Below, in pieces: positions 41,699 through 55,600 of a stretch of 64,000 nt of DNA (positions are counted from its first letter, which is position 1; each line of letters opens with the position of its first letter). The stretch lies in NCBI RefSeq assembly GCF_009914755.1, contig NC_060928.1; one strand, written 5' to 3'. This stretch comes from the human T2T-CHM13v2.0 reference genome, Homo sapiens. A program made the translations under genes and the position numbers. The notes below the pieces were generated by a model. It was not told the DNA's origin. It saw only the letters and a program-made list of their open reading frames with translations, and did not search any database.

Positions 41699-43549
41699 GT
41701 ACCGTGTTCCCCGTCGAGATGGCCACCTTAGATGGCAGCATTCTGTCCTTTGAAGTTAGAGTCAGTGCTGTGGGCCAGGACTGACCATGAGACTGAGTCA
41801 TTCTGTCCCATGGGGCAATGCTTTCCTGCTCCTATGCTGTCTAGAGCCATCTGTTTCTATTTATTTGCTTCTTACCAAATATTTAATAAAGGAGAGTTGG
41901 GAGAGAGGTCTTCTCTCCCCTGTTGAAAATGATAGGTCTTCTCTGTCATTGCTAGTGGTGTTTTGAAGATCAACTCATTAAGACTGTTTGCACACCATTT
42001 TCTTTTCCCTTCTTTTAGAAAGAAAACTTGGTTTCAGTAGGCTGCTATTTTAATATTAATGAGAATTCTTCGTGAAATTTTAGAAATGCATGAATTAAAG
42101 CAAAAGGAGACTGCCTGATTTAGCAAAGGGCAGGAATGTGAACTAGAAATAAGTCATCAGGAGTTCTATTTTCGAATCACTAAAAGCCATGCATTAAATT
42201 GATGGCAAAGTGATTTTGTCAGGGTTCTGTTTCTTGCTCCTTTCTGTCCCATGTAAAACAGGGACGATGGTGTTTGCTTGTCACCCACCCTCAGGAGAAT
42301 ATTGTAAAGACAAACTGATAAGACTGAAAATCTTAGGCACTAAATAAATCTAGAGGATTTATGCTATTTACTGGATTGTTGAGCACAAGAAATTGTTAGT
42401 AACATCTAACAGGGTTGCCAAATAACCTCAAAATTTGGGTAGCATTGTAAAAGTTATGGTGGGGAAAGAAATTAATGAAAAGGGAAGGCATTCTTTTCTT
42501 TTTGGTGAATGAAACCAGCCCACATCGAGAAAATTATTCCATGTATTTAATAAGGGAATGCCAGGAAATGAAGCTTTCTAATTAGGAAAGCATTAAAAAG
42601 CCTTCTGTATTTGTCTCTGTTTAGAAAGCAAAGCAGTTCCAATGGGGCATTAACTGAATACATCTGGAGCTAATGTAGGGAGACTTAAGGGTCTTGTCTG
42701 AGGGTGAGGGAGGCTGGGAAAATAACTGGCTGTCATTTTCTGTTAGATGCGAATCTATGTCTGGCGCAGAAAATAAGAGCTTGATATGTTTTGGAGTGGA
42801 CAGACATGCATCAGTATTAACTGCACTTGAAGTGCCTTTCAGATTTTAGAAACTACACTGTGTTTCTGGGGCTCTTTGTTTCCTTATATGATACTAATTG
42901 CTATTGAAATAATTTTTCTATGCCTCAGGGAAAAGGATACTGAATATGCTGTGCAGACAAATTGTGTTTATAAGATCTTTGCTTTATGTTTCACCTTATT
43001 CTTAAGAAAAATCTTCATGCTAGTTAGATTACTGACATCGAAAAGATAATTAACATTTAATTCAAATAAAATGGAAATGTTACAGATTTGGCTGAATAAT
43101 TGAAACTTGATAGTCTGGCGTTTGTAGTAATGAGACATAGATATATTTTATTGCTTGAGAAGTTACTGGAATAGAGTGAAACCTCTGTAAAATAAATGGT
43201 CCCATCCTGCCTTATCTTTTAAAATCACTTTAATAAAAAAGGCTAGTATTGTTATGTATTGCAGATCCAGGCTTGGGGACAGTATGTGTTATATACTGAG
43301 GCTTATCCTCCTGGGAATATTTTATCTTTGTTTAGATTTTAAGTTTTGAATTTTTCCTAAAGTATTTAACTACATCTCTTTCCTTTTACAATAAATACCT
43401 GCATTATTATAAATTTCTGGTGTTGTTTCAGAGTAACAGAAATTCCATAATAAGCTGTACATACAGATATTAATGAGAATTCTTTTTCATTAATATTGCA
43501 TAATCAGTACTGTAAATTATGGAATTTTCACTCTTAACTTTCTCACTCC

Positions 43550-43980
43550 TTTTTTTTATTTTTTTTTAACTTTCTCTTTTCTTTGTCTTAATTTTTGTGG
43601 GTATGTAATAGTTGTATATATGAGTGCGTGACATATTTTGATACAGCCATATAATGCATAATAATCACATCAGAGTAAGTGGGGTACCCATCACCTCAAG
43701 CATTTATTCTTTGTATTACAAACAATTCAGTTATACTTTTTCAGTTATTTTAAAATGTAAATTAAAGTATTATTGACTACAGTCACCCTGTTGTGCTGGC
43801 AAATACTAGATCTTGTTCTGGTTTTTTTGTTTTGTTTTGTTTTGTTTTGTTTTGTTTTGTTGGTACCGATTAACCATCCCCCCACCCCCTACTACCCTTC
43901 CAATCCTCTGGTAACCATCCTTCTACTCTCTATCTCCATGAGTTCAATTGTTTGAATTTTTTAGCTCCCACAAATTAGTG
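43550..43980 (-). mobile_element. L1MA-type 3' end
   Basis: ccatcacctcaagcatttattctttg...ttattgactacagtcaccctgttgtgct...ttagctcccaca. Confidence 0.8.
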
Positions 43981-44365
43981 TGTATCTTCCATTTTTTTAA
44001 TGCTCTTTTTAAAAAAAAATTTTGCACTCATATTCCCCATAGCTATGTAGTGTTACTAAAAGAGTAAATCTATATTGTGCATAATAATAAGCTCAAAACT
44101 TCTTAATTCAAAATCATAATTCATTCTCAAATATACTAACTTTTGCCAATTTATTAAAACACCTAATAAAAAATAATTATATCCTTTTTTTCCTATTTCC
44201 AATTTGCAGTATTTGGATTGCACCAGCACTGGGAGGGCAGATTGGGGGTGGGATGAGGAGACGCAGAGGAAGAAATGAAAGTCCAAACTTTGATCCTCTA
44301 AACAAAGATAAAATATACCCAGGATATTTGAAAGTCTTAAAACCTTGGCACTTTTATCTACTTAA

Positions 44366-44707
<342 letters not shown>

Positions 44708-46332
44708 TAATCAATCCCTTATGAAAACATTTTTTCCATCACAACACCCAAATAATGTATCAAATTATATCCATTTCACAACTTAATATTGGGTATACAG
44801 GATTGCCCCTACCTGTTCCCCTTGTCTGGCACAACTACTCAATTTTACCCTCAAATTGGGACATAGGCCTTCCTTTGGAACATTTTTAGGACTGTAGTGG
44901 AAGAATATATTTTATTTCTGTAATCAGGACGTTCCTTTAGGGACTACTAAATGCATCTCAGTACTGTCCTGTTTTGAGGGTTGGGGGGGAAACCAGATGT
45001 TATTTATACTGGGAATGACTTCCCTTTTGGGTTCACACATAAATAGTCTTCTAAAGAGCATGTCAGGGATTGGGGTGCAGTTGTAGATATAGCCAGTGGG
45101 TAAGATATGTCCATACCTTTCCTGAGGAAGGGTGTGAAGGCTTTGTGCCTGATGTGATTGGCAAGTGATGTATCTCACTACCTTGTCCCATCAGTTAACC
45201 ACTTATGTAACCACACCCTGAAGTCTCCAGGAAATCATGTTTGACAAGTGGGTATTGTGTGCTAATCTTTTCTCTACTCTTAACCATTCTGCGTTCTTAG
45301 AATATTGAATACGGATTTAGATTACATGTGACAAAATGCCTGCCACATAATAGTGGTTTCCTTCTTCCCTCCCTCTCTGCCCTTAAATTCAGATGACAGC
45401 ATGAGTATACAGTTGACATAAGCGAAGGAAGCCGTAAGGAAGATAATGTTATCATAAGCAGCAGTATGGGGTAAACAGAAAGAAAAAAGGAATTATGTAG
45501 TCATCTTACTGTCCAAAGAATGTTCTTGCCTGGTTTTTTAAGTTTCTTAGTTCTGTTCTGTTAGTCACACTAAACCCAAACTATCTACCTGATCCTTTTA
45601 TTACCTAACCTTTTCCTGGCCAAAAAGCCTTTATGTCATAGCCACATATTTTGCATCATGGATTTCCATGTTTTATGGAGTTGAATTATTTGGGATGTTC
45701 CACTCGGGAAAATTGTCAGCAGTCTTTCTTCCCCTTAAAACCTTTCCATCTACCGGAGTGTTCTCCTTATCTATAATCTAAGCAAATAAATCTGAAGTGG
45801 GATGTCTTTCAACTAATTTTCTGATGCATTATGTGTATGACTTATTTCTACAAACCACCTCCCCGAGTGGATCTTTAAATAAATTAGTATTTTTCTTAAG
45901 ATAAGGACATAAGGACAGCGATGTATAGTCTTTAAAATAAATGTAACTATCACTCACTCTGTTAGACACTAATATTTTTCTATATGATATGAAATTCATG
46001 GGTATAGTAATCCACCTAGCAGAATACTCATATATCTCATGCACCCACTATATGCAAGATAGAGTAGTGGAACTTGGAGACACAAGAGTCTCCGTCATTC
46101 TTTTAATAAGGTCTAACAGCCGAGCTGGAGAGACGTGGTGGGATGCAACAGCAGTTAATTTATCAACAAAGGTTGAACTAATAGTTAAGGTAACGAGCCA
46201 GGAACCTATGTTTTTATGCCACGCAATTGTACATTCTCATTGCCCCTGACGGTATGCCTCCCTTTGTATCTTAGAAACATAGGTGCTGTTTCAGACCAGG
46301 TTGCTTATAATGAGAGATTTGATGTATGACCT

Positions 46333-46607
46333 TTTTTTTTTGAGACCAATGTGTCACTCTGTCACCTAAGCTGGAGTGCACATGGCTCACCGCAGCCTCA
46401 AACTCCTGGGCTCAACAATCCCCACCTTAGCCTTCTGAGTAGCTGGGACCACAGGCACGTGCCACCTCTCCTGGCTAATTTTTTAGTTTTTTGTAGCAAT
46501 GAGGTATTGCTATGTTGCCCAGGCTGGTCTTGAACTCCTGGGCTTAAACAATTCTCCTGTCTTGGCCTCCCAAAGCTGGGATTATAGGCCTGAATCACCG
46601 TATTGGT
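46333..46607 (-). mobile_element. AluJ
   Basis: Diverged reverse dimer. Confidence 0.82.
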
Positions 46608-46778
46608 CGAATGTTTGACTTTTAAAGAGTTCACGTGGGATTAATGCTTGGCTAATGTGACCCAGCTGACTTTATCAAGGTATAAAAATTGCAAATCACT
46701 GTATACTATATGTGATATGATAACTTTGTCATGTATAAATGTTTACTACATAATGTTTTTAAGTAAATGAGAGAAATG

Positions 46779-46927
<149 letters not shown>

Positions 46928-47407
46928 TCATCTTGAATAAAAGTCATCTTTAGTTGAAAAATATGTCAAAAAAAGGATAAAATGTGAGCCCACTAAAAAT
47001 TTATTCATTAGCTGCCTTCTGCAAATACTTGATGAAATGATTTTTTACTCATTTCCTCCTATTATTCCTTAATAGAGTAGTTCACAAAACAAAATGTGTC
47101 AATTCTGTTTAAATTATACTATAATTACCATTAGAATATATTATAAAGATTTCTCAGCAGTTGGCAATTGCCTGTTGATTAATATTTGCTATTACCAAAT
47201 TTCTAAATCCCACAAAAAAGTGAAGGTTGCTTTAAGAGTTAATTGTTATAGAACTTATAACTTGAGGAGGATGACCGGAACCTAAATTCTGGGTTTGGAA
47301 GTATTTGCTCCTCTGCAGGACAGTGTTGTATAATTGGGTGACTAACACAAAAGAATAATTTGTCATCAATGGTCAGTTAACACTTTTCTTTCTTTCCTTA
47401 TTTTTAG

Positions 47408-48340
47408 CCTGAGCCTCCAACAACAAACAAATGGCAGCTGGACAACTGGCTGACCAAAGTCAGCCAGCCAGCTGCGCCACCAGAGGGCCCCAGGAGCACA
47501 GAGCCCCCACGGCGGCACCCAGAGAGTAAGGGCAGCAGCGACAGTGCCACGAGTCAGGAGCATTCTGAATCCAAAGATCCTCCCCCTAAAAGCTCCAGCA
47601 AAGCCCCCCGGGCCCCACCCGAAGCCCCCCACCCCGGAAAGAGGAGCTGTCAGAAGTCTCCGGCACAGCAGGAGCCCCCACAAAGGCAAACCGTTGGAAC
47701 CAAACAACCCAAAAAACCTGTCAAGGCCTCTGCCCGGGCAGGTTCACGGACCAGCCTGCAGGGGGAAAGGGAGCCAGGGCTTCTTCCCTATGGCTCCCGA
47801 GACCAGACTTCCAAAGACAAGCCCAAGGTGAAGACGAAAGGACGGCCCCGGGCCGCAGCAAGCAACGAACCCAAGCCAGCAGTGCCCCCCTCCAGTGAGA
47901 AGAAGAAGCACAAGAGCTCCCTCCCTGCCCCCTCTAAGGCTCTCTCAGGCCCAGAACCCGCGAAGGACAATGTGGAGGACAGGACCCCTGAGCACTTTGC
48001 TCTTGTTCCCCTGACTGAGAGCCAGGGCCCACCCCACAGTGGCAGCGGCAGCAGGACTAGTGGCTGCCGCCAAGCCGTGGTGGTCCAGGAGGACAGCCGC
48101 AAAGACAGACTCCCATTGCCTTTGAGAGACACCAAGCTGCTCTCACCGCTCAGGGACACTCCTCCCCCACAAAGCTTGATGGTGAAGATCACCCTAGACC
48201 TGCTCTCTCGGATACCCCAGCCTCCCGGGAAGGGGAGCCGCCAGAGGAAAGCAGAAGATAAACAGCCGCCCGCAGGGAAGAAGCACAGCTCTGAGAAGAG
48301 GAGCTCAGACAGCTCAAGCAAGTTGGCCAAAAAGAGAAAG
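47408..48340 (+). CDS. AFF1: AFF1 large exon (933 nt, 0/0) PEPPTTNKWQLDNWL...SLMVKITLDLLSRIP...LAKKRK; NKW motif, AF9/ENL-binding motif (48176-48217), first half of basic NLS
   Basis: tttttag|CCTGAG...AGAAAG|gtgagt; 311 open codons, overlapping ORF 47828..48364. Confidence 0.97.
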
Positions 48341-48646
48341 GTGAGTGTGGGGAGACTGCCCTGACTCCAGCGTGGACCATCCTTGCTGTTGGCCTGGCGG
48401 TATCTTTGATCGGCCTTTGATTTAGGCCCAGTTGAGTTGTCTCACAAGTCTTTGCTTTGATTCGCTGTAGCCTTTGCATCTTCTTCCAGCATTACCTGTC
48501 TGGACTTTGCTTCTCATTCTGCAGATGGGCATTAACACGTGTTATGTCCTTCCATCGGTCTTGCTAGTTTGAAAAAAGGTGAGGCAGTCATTAAAAACAA
48601 TAGCTTCTTTTAGGATAATGTAGCATCTAGGGCCGCCCCCAACCCA

Positions 48647-48650
<4 letters not shown>

Positions 48651-48680
<30 letters not shown>

Positions 48681-48972
48681 CCCAAAGACAGGCCCTTGCT
48701 CTGTTGCCAGGCTGGAGTGCAGTGGTGCGATCTTGGCTCACTGCAGCCCCTACCTCTGGGGTGAAACGATCCTCCTACCTCAGCCTCCTGAGTAGCTGGG
48801 ACCACAGGTGTGTGCCACCACACCCGGCTAATTTTTGTATTTTTTTTGTAGAGGTGGGGTTTTGCCATGTTGGCCAGGCTGCTCTTGAACATCTGAGCTC
48901 AAGTTATCCACCCGCCTCTGCCTCTGCCTCCCAAAGTGATGGGATTACAGGCCTAAGACACGATGCCCAGCC
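48651..48972 (-). mobile_element. Alu (J/S) with long T tail
   Basis: Reverse full dimer 310 nt downstream of the 933-nt exon. Confidence 0.88.
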
Positions 48973-49887
48973 TCATTTTCATTTATTCTTGTAACTGGCA
49001 TTTACCACCTGACCCATTAGGTTTTGCCTTAGTAGTTGAGATCTGATCTGAATTGAAATGTTAATTCATATTCTGAATTATTAAAAGAACGGCTCTATAC
49101 AAATTTTACTCTCATAGTAGGATCTTTTATACCAATATCACATCCATATTTTAACGCATGACCATACAACACCTCTTTACAGTTACTAACATGTGGTTAG
49201 TGTCTCATTGAGTAATATAGGCTGATAATGGCACGTTGCAAAGTGTTGACCATATCATTTTATTTATTATAATTTTGGAAGATTCTTTTGGATACAGAAT
49301 GGACAGAGTAACAAAATTGCTGCATTATTTAAGATTGTCTGTTACTTGAACATGCCACTGTTTTAGACAGGCTCCTTCCTTTTATTTTGAATCACTTGAG
49401 TTCCTGTTCTGTTTGTTGCTTTTTCATGATGATGAAAGATTAGTGAGTTTTTCCCCAGTAGCATTCCCAAGCCAACTTGCCCAAGAATCAGAGACAAAGT
49501 CACAAGAAGGGCCAACTCTCTCCTGCTGAGAAGGAATAAAATTTTTAACACTCTTGTAAGTATGTGAAAAACTTCTTACTCAGCTGTGGAAGTTGAGCTA
49601 AGAATAACAAAGGAAAAAAAGATTATGAAGCCTGCTGTCATGTCTGAGATTTGACTGATTAATCCAGTGCGTTAAAAATATAACACGACTTTACCAAATA
49701 GTAAAGGGCGACTGCTTTCTTCAGAACCTCCTTGCAGCAGACTAAAGGATGTGTATTGCCGCCATGTTTGCAGCAGGCAAGTTGAGTGGGATGGGATCCA
49801 GTGCTAGTAAGTGCTCTGTCTCAGCTAGAAGAGGGCATATTTTCATGCCAGAAACTTCTTTAAACTTTTTGTATGGGATGGGGTGGG

Positions 49888-49912
49888 GTGTGTGTGTGTG
49901 TGTATGTGTGTG
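49888..49912. repeat. (TG)n microsatellite
   Basis: gtgtgtgtgtgtgtgtatgtgtgtg. Confidence 0.85.
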
Positions 49913-50471
49913 AAAGGTACAAAACTTTATGGAGAAAATTGTGATGGACCTGGTTAGGAAAAAGATACCTGCAGCTGATACACCTGGGAAAACTTCAGGA
50001 ACACACTCAGGTAGCTCCCTGTCCTGGTAAATCTCTCACCTGTCTCCCAGCTGCTGTGGTCTTGTGTGGTCTCCAGTGCTGACCGTCTGCATTAGCTGGA
50101 GTGGGGACAGGTACTCACTTCTGAAAGGATTACCTACCAGGTGGCAATGTTAGAACCCGGAGGATCCCCCAGAGAGCTCAGTCCAGTTCATACCCCAGTG
50201 CAAATCTAGAAGTGCAGCTTGTGGCTCTAGAAAGGGAAACTTTCAGCTCTCACTGTTGACTGTGGGAACTGTGCCCTCTATAAGCCGTTCCCAGGTTTTG
50301 GCTGAGCACCTCTTGGGCAGCTTATTTATCTTTCTGTTTAGAGCATGCAGAAATAGTGATCCCTTCATCTTAATCGAGTGCATGATTTCTTTAAAGCGCT
50401 GTCAAGCTGCTGAGAGATCTGGCCTGGGGAACAGTCTGCCTCCGTGGTACTGTCAGGATTGATGTCTGACC

Positions 50472-50608
50472 CACTGGTTCCAAACCCCGGCTACACATTA
50501 CATTCACCTGGTAGCCTTTAGCACTGATGACGGGAATCCCCAACCCCCATTGGTATTTTAAAAATTCCTCTGGTAATCCTAGTGCCTATCAGGGCTGGAA
50601 ACCACTGA
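50472..50608. mobile_element. MER5-like hAT fossil
   Basis: cacattacattcacctgg...ctctggtaatcctagtg...ggaaaccactg. Confidence 0.5.
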
Positions 50609-51584
50609 AGCAGAGCCGTACTGCAGGGCCCAAGAGCATACAAAGCTAGTTATTTGGATCCAAAGTTGGTCAAGTGTGCAGTGTTTAGACATCATGATCT
50701 AGGCAAACAGAATTCCTGGCCTGAAATATGTCACTAGTTAGAAACATTAGAAGCTTTCAGGTAAATAAATATAAAAAACCAGTCAACCGTATTCTTATTT
50801 CTTCGTCAGAGAATCATGTGTCGTTTGGTTTAACTTCCTGCTGGATTCTGGATGGGAGTTGTTGAACATATTAATCTCATTATTTTCTGTAGAGGACAGG
50901 TTGTCCCCCCCTTCCTCATTAGCGCCCTGACTGCTTGTTAGGGCTCTCTGCCTCTGGCCCTGTGACCAGCACGGTTGCTCCAGCAGGCAGCAGTGCGTGG
51001 GCCTGCTCTCCATGGCAGAGACAGGGCTGTGAAGCTTGGGTACTGCTCACATTTGGATAATGAAGATATTTTTCATTGTGTTCATTTTAAATGTGAACAT
51101 TAGAAAAAACTCTGAGCATATAGTCAGAGGAATAGAAGAACTTGCTTGATCCTTCACATTAGTGGTATTTAGTGTTTTTATTTAAAGGCCTCTTAGAGTC
51201 TGTCCCTCTCTTGGCACAAAATTTAGCCAAATATTTTCTTTCAGAAGATTTACAGATCCTTGAATCCACTTCAGACTTAAAAGTGTATGAAGATGATCAT
51301 AAAGAGTTAATGATGGCTAACAGCTGTGATGAAGCCATTAGACATGGCACCTATAGAAATGCACACATGTTTTTTTACTACTCTACAACAGTGGGTAAGG
51401 AACAATGCATGAGGAAAAGTAGAGAAAACTGTGAGGGTAAATACGCATGACCTCACGTCGTGTTCTTTACATAAACTACTGAATTTCATCAGTCTGATTA
51501 CAGTTTAGATTTTCTAATACCAACTTATGTTTTCTTTTAAAATTTTTTTATTTTTAGCTTAGAGACTATTCTGTTAATTACTTA

Positions 51585-52224
51585 TTTTTTAGAGACAGGG
51601 TCTCGCTCTGTTGCCCAGGCTGGAATGCAGTGGCATAGCTCACCAACCTCAAACTCCTGGGCTCAGGTGACCCTCCTGCCTCAGCCTCCAGGCACATGCC
51701 ACTGTACCCAGCTAATTTATTTTTTGTAGAGATGGGGTTTCACTTTGTTGCCCAGGCTGGTCTTGAGCTCTGGGCCTCCAGCAATCCTACCTCAGCCTCC
51801 CAAAGCAGTGGCATTACTGGTTGAGGGTAGTTGTCTAGCTCCTTGGTGTTTTGAACAAAGAATTGGACAAAATGCACAAAAAACCAAGGCAGTGAAAGCA
51901 GAGATTTATTTTAAATGAAAGTATGCTCCACAGGGTGGGAGCCGGCTGAAGCAAGAGGCTCAGGAACACTGGTTCTTCTGGGGTTTATATGCCTTCTAGA
52001 GGTTTCCCATTGGTTTCCCATTGGTTCACTCTAGTGGTCCACGACTAGTCTGATTGGTTGTAGGGGGGACCAATCAGAGTTACTTTCATTTTCCAGCTGC
52101 CACACAGAAAAAGGAGGGGTTATATCTTATATCCAGTCAGGGTGGGTGGGCCTTAGGTTCCCTGCCTCCAGACCCTATTCTCCTGCCTCACTGGGGTTAC
52201 AGGCATGAGTCACCATGCCTGGCC
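51585..52224 (-). mobile_element. AluJ split by an LTR insertion
   Basis: Alu runs to cctcccaaagcagtgg (51811) and resumes ctggggttacaggcatgag (52191). Confidence 0.82.
51812..52190 (-). mobile_element. ERV1 solo LTR, MER51-like
   Basis: Minus strand starts TGAGGCAGGAGAATAGGGTCTGGAGGCAGGGAACCTAAGGCC; CCAAT boxes, TATA-like site, AATAAA; near-4-bp TSD (gtgg/ctgg). Confidence 0.78.
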
Positions 52225-52361
52225 TATGTTTTCTTCTTCAGAATTCTTAAACCAAGCTTATTTTTTTCCAGATTTGGAAGAAAAGTTGAACTCAAGAACC
52301 ACAATATATACAGTAATACGCAACCAGGCCAGTGCAATTGGGAGCCCTCTAAAAATGTACC

Positions 52362-52652
52362 TGGCTGGGCACAGTGGCTCACACTTGTAATCCCTGCCCT
52401 TTGAGAGGCTGAGGCGGGTGGATTGCTTGAGCCCAGGAGTTCAAGACCAGCCTGGGCAACTCTGTGAGACACTGTCTCTGAAAAAAAAAAATTAGGCACA
52501 GTAGCGCATGCCTGAGGTCCCAGCTACTCGGGAAGCTGTGGTGGGAGGATCACTTGAGCCCAGGAGTTAAAGGTTGCAGGGAGCTGTGATTGAGTCACTG
52601 CACTCCAGCATGGGCAACAGAGTAAGACCCTGTCTCTAAAAAAAGAAAAATA
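52362..52652 (+). mobile_element. AluJ
   Basis: Full diverged dimer. Confidence 0.86.
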
Positions 52653-55600
52653 AACACGTAACGTGCATAGAGCTACATGTGTGAGCCTTGCATTGTTCTA
52701 GGAGCTCATAGAGATAATTCCTCACTTCATTCAGTCATCTTACAGATTCCTTTCAAATGAAGGATAGTCTGTCTTAATTGTCATTTAGATGAATAACTGA
52801 ATAAGGAGGTGCATTCATTCAAGTCTTTTTTACTTTTTCTAAATAATCGCTTTGCTGACCAAGACACTTCAACTTTTTTGGGAAAGACATTCCAGTGCTA
52901 TCATTTATGCGTTTTGAAGAGTGAGGAAGGGAAGTTATGATGTGTAGTAGGAAAATGCAGTTTTATTGCAGGGAGTGATTGGTTCAGTCCTTCCCTTCCA
53001 TCCAAGATCTGACTGTCTTTTCTTGGGTTATTGCTCCAGATCAGCACCCCTAGTTATCGTTCAAAATGAAAGCTCATCCCTTCTGATTGACTAAGGCCAC
53101 TTACATCTAAATTTCTTCGTGCCTGTTAGTTACCCTGAGGAGAGCACCACAACCATATGCATGTGATAGCTTAGGCTGTTCTGAATCATGCGTTCCCTCA
53201 CCAAAGAGAAAAACAAGTGGATGAATTTCCCTTTTCTGTAGCACTCACCCCAGTGAACATAACCTGTCTGCACAGCAAGTCCCTGGGCCTGATCTTGGTA
53301 CAAACTTGAATTGGTGTCCCTTGTGTCTTTTTCATATTGAATCTCCTTCCGAGGCGAATCACAGGGAAGTCCCTGAATTTCCCCAAAGACTGCTTCTCCA
53401 GTTTTCTGTGTTGCATGTGCTACCAAGCTCATTTGCTTCCTTTTGGAAGAGGATAATAGAGCCTTAGAATTTAGGTGCGGAAAGAACCTTAGTGGTCCCT
53501 TGATCAGCTGCCACCTTTTATAGATGAGATCCAAAAAGGCACTAACATGGCTTGACTGCTGAGTAAAAATAGATCTGCAGCTCAGGCATGCTGCCTCCTC
53601 CCAGTCCCGTGAGCTTTCCTCTTTTTCACATGTGTTTTCTCCGTACAAGTGTCTGTTGGGAGGATTCTCAAGAGGCGCACAAGGTCGGCGTACTGGCTCT
53701 GGCGCTGCCGGTGAATAAGGTGGTTACCGCGTCAGCCCCGGCTTGGTTCCTCCACGGCCCCCACCACTGCCACTCAGTGCCCACACACATTCCTACTCCA
53801 CTTTAGCTACTCCTGCAGATGCTCCCATCTTCCTTCACAGCCAAACTCCTGGTTCACTACATCTTTCCATCTGCTAGAATCTCTATGGCACCAAATAAGT
53901 GTCAGTTCTGGAAAAAGCCACCTTTTCCCTGCTTCCTACAAGTGTCTGCTTGGTGAGCTGGCTGCACGGCAGCGCAGCCTGCCGAGAGGCTTTCCCTGAC
54001 GGAAACTGACTTGGCCCCTTGCAAGCCCATGTCTTCCTTTTATGGCCTTCACTCTTGCCCTGTGCTCCACTGTGGGTGGAGCAGCATCTGGCAGATGATC
54101 AGGGCTGCCTGACCCAACAGGTTAAGAAAAGCAAACAAGTCTGTGAGGACCAATTCGTCAGCTGGCAGCCTCCCTTTGTGGAAGGTGAGGCACCATCCTT
54201 GAGACAACTAACCTAGTAGAAAAAGAATTTCTGAAACCCAGACCTTAAGCCAGATTCCCTGAAGTGGGGATGACCTGGGGATAAACCACAGGGCAAAGGG
54301 ACTCCTTTTTCCTCCTGAAGAGAGAGTATCACCTCATCTGAATGGCTTCTTGACCCAGAAAAATCTAAAGAACAGCATGCCTCCTGTTTTACGGCAGGTC
54401 TTGTTCTTGGAATTTTGGTCTGCATTTCTGCTCACCCAATATTGCATGGCTCCCATGTTAATGACCCTTTCCTACATCCATCCACTTAAAGTTGTAATGC
54501 AGTCCTGCATCCAGTGCCCTCAGCTGTGTCCCTGAGCTGTTAAGCTGAATTTCTGTGCCAACTGACAAATACCGAGTGCCTACTCTGGGGAAGCCTCTGT
54601 GGCTGTTCCAGACAGAAGATGACAAAGTTCTAAGTGCATAGTGTACAAAAAACCACTAACTTCATGCCCGCTGGCTTGATCTCAACAGTTAAGCAAAATC
54701 AGCAGAAGGGGACTTTTGCTTTATTTAGTTTGATGGCTTCCTTTCTACCAGCTTATAGAATATTATCTGCTTCTAGGTTGCTAAATATCAATATAAAGCA
54801 TATTATTCCAGTAAGTGCCAATGCAGTTGTTAGATGCTGGCGCTGAAGTTAGTGCTCACTGCATTCTCTCTTGTTGGCTGTCTACTTGAGTCACCGATTG
54901 GCACAGCCAGAGCTATAACCAGTCTGTGAGGATTGATTTGCCCTGACTTGTATCTTCATGTGTGGTCTATAAGGTCTGCCAGATTGGCTTATAGTCACAA
55001 CCAGCATGTCCTAAGCAAAATGAAACTATATGAACAAAAATCAGCTCTCATTTCACTGCTAGACTTTGGTGTTTTCTTTAAGAAGTAGCCTTGTTAATGC
55101 TTAGTTTTGCCTTGGGGACCTTAATGTGTCATTAACTGCCTGGAAATACCTTTCATTTAAAAAAGTATACTTTAGTACCTAATGTTCAATTTAGTATCGA
55201 TCTGGATATTTTAGCAAATTTTGACTTTTCAAAGACAAAGTTTCTGTCTTGTAATGTTTCTTGGGCCGGCTATACTGCCTTTCATCTAAAACTCACTACA
55301 GTTCACTGGGCCGTTTGGTAACAGGGTAACCTGGGCATAATTAGGTGCTTGATTGACAAGAGAGTTACCAGTACCAGAAGTCAGGTTCTATTTTAACCCC
55401 ATCATTTCCAATTGATTGTTTTTCTCTCCACCATTATTCACTGTCTCTCAAGTGTTAGCACTCTGAGTTGTTGAACGGAGGTTTGTATGCTGCGCAGAGC
55501 CCTGTCGCAATGCCCCAGCAAGCTTCTTGTTGGCATGTGGCCACTCTAAATTGTGCTCCAGGATCTGCTATGGGTCCATGCTTGCAGGAGAAACAGCTGT

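Noticed and set aside
41717-41740. CTCF-like AGATGGCAGC just downstream of the SDE exon
   Set aside because: The 5' half of the core mismatches at three positions.
47366-48330. Antisense ORFs (113 and 180 aa) and an alternative-frame ORF over the large exon
   Set aside because: Expected shadows of a GC-rich coding exon; non-ATG starts and no independent support.
53130-53648. 172-aa minus-strand ORF
   Set aside because: TTG start, overlaps a MIR-like relic, and resembles no protein I know.
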